Virus record (IMG/VR): IMGVR_UViG_640753023_000011
Length of the DNA: 29,986 nt
Direction: 5' to 3' (one strand)
Source of the DNA: a virus
Taxonomy: Duplodnaviria > Heunggongvirae > Uroviricota > Caudoviricetes
Below the pieces are notes generated by a model. The model worked only from the letters and a program-made list of their open reading frames with translations, did no database searches and had not been told where the DNA came from. Position numbers and translations under genes: made by a program. Shown here one piece after another: positions 27,245 to 29,986 of this stretch; the stretch's first letter is position 1, and each line of letters opens with the position of its first letter.

Positions 27245-27429
27245 ACCCTCCGGCTTTTCAGAAAGGTCAGAGCCTTTTTTAACGGACTCTGTTTTTTGGT
27301 GCGGATAATGATTCCCTTGCGTCCCTTCCCGTGGGTGATGGTAAAGTCAATCGCCCTGGGGCTTTCGTTACGCAATAACTGAGCAATACAACGAGGCTCG
27401 TTCATACGGTTCTCCTTAACGTGGTTCAC
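27235..27429 (-). CDS. early-operon small protein (P2 orf78-like)
   Basis: 64-aa ORF between cox and B. Confidence 0.45.
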   Translation of the reverse strand: MNHVKENRMNEPRCIAQLLRNESPRAIDFTITHGKGRKGIIIRTKKQSPLKKALTFLKSRRVWK

Positions 27430-27691
27430 CGAGACCTAACCACATCAACCAGCCGTCACGAATCTCTTTAGGGCGGCTTTCATAAGCCAGTTTTAGTCCG
27501 TTATTCCATGCCGGAAGGTATACCCAATATTCACCTGCACGACCTGAAGCTGATTGTGGATCGGTCATATCAATTACAGGCAGCTTTCCTTTATCGATCA
27601 TCCGACGAACCGCTCCTGTCGATTTTCCTATTAGTTTTGCGAACTCCTGATAAGGAATCGCATCAGTCATGAGTGTTACTTGCTTGCTCAT
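27416..27691 (-). CDS. cox: Cox (excisionase / repressor of Pc)
   Basis: 91 aa, same length as P2 Cox, divergent from C; sequence MSKQVTLMTDAIPYQEFAKLIGKSTGAVRRMIDKGKLPVI... has an HTH-like segment. Confidence 0.8.
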   Translation of the reverse strand: MSKQVTLMTDAIPYQEFAKLIGKSTGAVRRMIDKGKLPVIDMTDPQSASGRAGEYWVYLPAWNNGLKLAYESRPKEIRDGWLMWLGLGEPR

Positions 27692-27805
27692 GTCGTCCCC
27701 CAGCCCTCATGAATTGCGTTTAATGCCTTATAATGCCTTTTAGTGCCCACATCCAAGCACTAAACAATCTACATCTAAACTAAATACCATTGAGATCTAA
27801 ACACC
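27692..27805. promoter_or_regulatory. divergent Pe/Pc promoter–operator region of the lysogeny switch
   Basis: Intergenic region between divergent cox and C; contains direct repeats of atctaaac and an inverted repeat agtgc...gcact. Confidence 0.5.
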
Positions 27806-28105
27806 ATGTCAAACACGATAAGCGAGAAGATAGTCTTAATGCGAAAATCAGAGTATTTGAGCAGACAACAACTTGCTGATTTAACAGGGGTTCCGTATGG
27901 CACGCTGAGTTACTATGAAAGTGGTCGTTCAACACCTCCAACAGATGTCATGATGAACATCCTGCAGACCCCACAATTCACCAAATACACTTTATGGTTC
28001 ATGACCAATCAGGTCGCTCCTGAGTCCGGGCAAATTGCGCCCGCTCTCGCACACTTTGGGCAAAACGAAACAACGTCGCCCCACTCCGGTCAAAAGACTG
28101 GTTAA
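27806..28105 (+). CDS. C: immunity repressor C
   Basis: 99 aa, same length as P2 C, divergent from cox and upstream of int; contains an HTH (LSRQQLADLTGVPYGTLSYYESG). Confidence 0.8.
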   Translation: MSNTISEKIVLMRKSEYLSRQQLADLTGVPYGTLSYYESGRSTPPTDVMMNILQTPQFTKYTLWFMTNQVAPESGQIAPALAHFGQNETTSPHSGQKTG

Positions 28106-28220
28106 CAATTTATCGTGAATATATTCATCACAAGTGCCTACTATTGGTGGCTAAATTTCAGCCACCACGAAAAAAGCGATTAGTAGTAGCAAAAAAAAGT
28201 ACCACTCGGAGGGTTTTCTG

Positions 28221-29234
28221 ATGGCAATCAAAAAACTCGATGATGGTCGATATGAAGTGGACATCCGCCCTACTGGACGTAACGGAAAACGCATCCGTAG
28301 GAAGTTTGATAAGAAAAGCGAAGCTGTCGCTTTCGAAAAATACACGTTGTACAACCACCACAATAAAGAATGGCTATCAAAACCAACAGACAAACGACGT
28401 CTGTCGGAACTGACACAGATCTGGTGGGATTTAAAGGGTAAACACGAAGAGCATGGGAAATCTAATCTTGGAAAAATTGAAATCTTCACAAAAATAACGA
28501 ATGACCCATGCGCATTTCAAATCACGAAATCCCTTATCAGCCAGTACTGCGCCACCCGAAGAAGCCAGGGTATTAAACCTTCGAGTATCAATCGTGATTT
28601 AACATGTATTAGCGGCATGTTTACAGCCCTGATTGAAGCGGAGTTATTCTTTGGTGAGCACCCTATCAGAGGGACAAAGAGGCTTAAGGAGGAAAAACCA
28701 GAAACAGGCTATCTCACACAGGAAGAAATTGCCTTACTGCTTGCAGCACTTGACGGCGACAATAAAAAGATTGCGATTCTTTGCCTGAGTACAGGAGCAC
28801 GTTGGGGAGAAGCAGCTCGTTTGAAAGCAGAAAATATCATCCATAACCGCGTCACGTTTGTTAAAACGAAAACAAACAAACCACGCACCGTCCCGATTTC
28901 AGAGGCTGTTGCCAAAATGATCGCGGATAACAAACGAGGTTTTTTATTCCCTGATGCTGATTACCCTCGCTTCAGACGAACAATGAAAGCAATAAAACCG
29001 GATTTGCCAATGGGGCAAGCCACACATGCACTAAGGCACAGCTTTGCCACTCATTTCATGATTAATGGAGGAAGTATTATCACGCTACAACGGATACTAG
29101 GTCACACGCGGATTGAGCAAACTATGGTTTACGCTCATTTTGCGCCAGAGTACCTTCAGGACGCCATTTCTCTTAATCCGCTAAGAGGTGGTACTGAGGC
29201 CGAGAGTGTCCACACAGTGTCCACAGTAGAGTAA
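28221..29234 (+). CDS. int: tyrosine integrase (P2 Int-like)
   Basis: 337 aa, same length as P2 Int; C-terminal catalytic signature HALRHSFATH...LGH...MVYAHF; adjacent to the att core. Confidence 0.9.
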   Translation: MAIKKLDDGRYEVDIRPTGRNGKRIRRKFDKKSEAVAFEKYTLYNHHNKEWLSKPTDKRRLSELTQIWWDLKGKHEEHGKSNLGKIEIFTKITNDPCAFQITKSLISQYCATRRSQGIKPSSINRDLTCISGMFTALIEAELFFGEHPIRGTKRLKEEKPETGYLTQEEIALLLAALDGDNKKIAILCLSTGARWGEAARLKAENIIHNRVTFVKTKTNKPRTVPISEAVAKMIADNKRGFLFPDADYPRFRRTMKAIKPDLPMGQATHALRHSFATHFMINGGSIITLQRILGHTRIEQTMVYAHFAPEYLQDAISLNPLRGGTEAESVHTVSTVE

Positions 29235-29313
29235 CGTTTAAGGGCTTTCAGTGGTAATTTATGCCGCTCAAACCCGCATTGTACCGTTGAAAGCCCCTAC
29301 TGGTGACACCCTA

Positions 29314-29340
29314 AATCTCCCTTACACGGGCTTATTTTTT
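29314..29340. other. prophage attachment core, int-proximal copy (attL)
   Basis: aatctcccttacacgggcttatttttt; direct repeat of 6043-6069 (25/27 identical). Confidence 0.75.
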
Positions 29341-29668
29341 ATGCATAAGCCCTATCCCTGGTCACCGTCTTCCATTGACCACATCGATAGAATCCTCCTT
29401 CATAGCACGATGCTTTTCACTTATCGACATCGTGCTCGCACAGGTTCCGGTTACGCACAGCCAGAACGCGCATGTTTGACGCTTACCAAAAAATGAACCT
29501 AAAGCATTGGAACATTTTTGACATCATTTTCTGATGGCTGCATAAAATAAAAATTCTGCTTTAGTTTCATCTATCTGTTTGTCATTATTACTCACATTCA
29601 ATAATGGTGTTGAAGAATATCCCATCACAGATAAAATAAATATGTGCATGGTAGTCTTGAATCTATTC

Positions 29669-29986
29669 TCACTCTCCACATTTGAATGTCAGACGAGCGA
29701 CGCCATGTAATCCTGCACCTTCTGTCTTCAGGTCAACTATCTGCATTTTTTTGCCCTGAGTAACACAGAAATGAACTGCATCATTTTTTACTATATTTTC
29801 TGCACCAGATATTCTACCCCTGGCTAAAGAAGCTTCGGCTTCGGTGTAGTATTGGTTATCGAGTTTACGCTGAATATTACTTTTATATGCAAGACCAAAT
29901 TTACCGATACTTGTCTCATCATTATGTACAGCACACCCAGACATAAGAAAAACACTAATTAATGATATAGCAGCTATCTTTTTCAT
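29669..29986 (-). CDS. small lipoprotein (host flank; possibly the yegR equivalent)
   Basis: 105 aa with signal peptide and lipobox (LMSGC); AT-rich; lies outside the att repeat. Confidence 0.6.
   Translation of the reverse strand: MKKIAAISLISVFLMSGCAVHNDETSIGKFGLAYKSNIQRKLDNQYYTEAEASLARGRISGAENIVKNDAVHFCVTQGKKMQIVDLKTEGAGLHGVARLTFKCGE

Larger units (their letters stand above)
6043..29340. mobile_element. defective P2-like (Peduovirus-like) prophage, ~23.3 kb
   Basis: Bounded by 27-bp direct repeats; gene content and order ogr-D-U-T-E-FII-FI'...I-J'-O'-P-Q-cos-cargo-A...B-cox-C-int matches P2; morphogenesis genes missing. Confidence 0.9.

Noticed and set aside
28151-28489. 112-aa minus-strand ORF overlapping the start of int
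   Set aside because: Antisense to the integrase gene and the C–int intergenic region; AT-rich low-complexity product.
29251-29496. 81-aa plus-strand ORF spanning the int-proximal att core
   Set aside because: Spans the recombination core and host/phage junction; no coding signal; att regions usually hold Int/IHF binding sites rather than genes.
1-29986. tRNA or rRNA genes (P2-like phages and islands often integrate at tRNAs)
   Set aside because: I recognised no tRNA-like or rRNA-like sequence by eye; integration here is at the cyaR sRNA. A tRNAscan run would be needed to exclude one formally.

Overview
Enterobacterial (E. coli-like) chromosomal segment with three parts. (1) 1–~4300: an AT-rich accessory island carrying a tightly coupled minus-strand three-gene operon of unknown function, the last gene apparently frameshifted. 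(2) 4537–6069: the core gene yegQ (trhP, peptidase U32 family) and the sRNA cyaR. (3) 6043–29340: a ~23.3 kb defective P2-like prophage integrated at the cyaR 3' end and bounded by 27-bp att core repeats. The prophage keeps ogr, D, U, T, E/E', FII, I, P, Q, cos, the early operon (cox to A), the C repressor and integrase. It has lost capsid, lysis and most tail/baseplate genes through two rearrangements: an IS21-family element between truncated FI and H, and an O'–J' junction made of five 38-bp tandem repeats. The best candidate for a defence or toxin–antitoxin system is an AT-rich two-gene cargo operon (20906–23231) in the variable cos–A locus: a DprA/Smf-like protein followed by a HAD-like/phosphoribosyltransferase-like protein. 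This pairing resembles the described ShosTA architecture, so novelty is unproven. All calls rest on reading the supplied ORF translations and the sequence by eye; no database search was possible.
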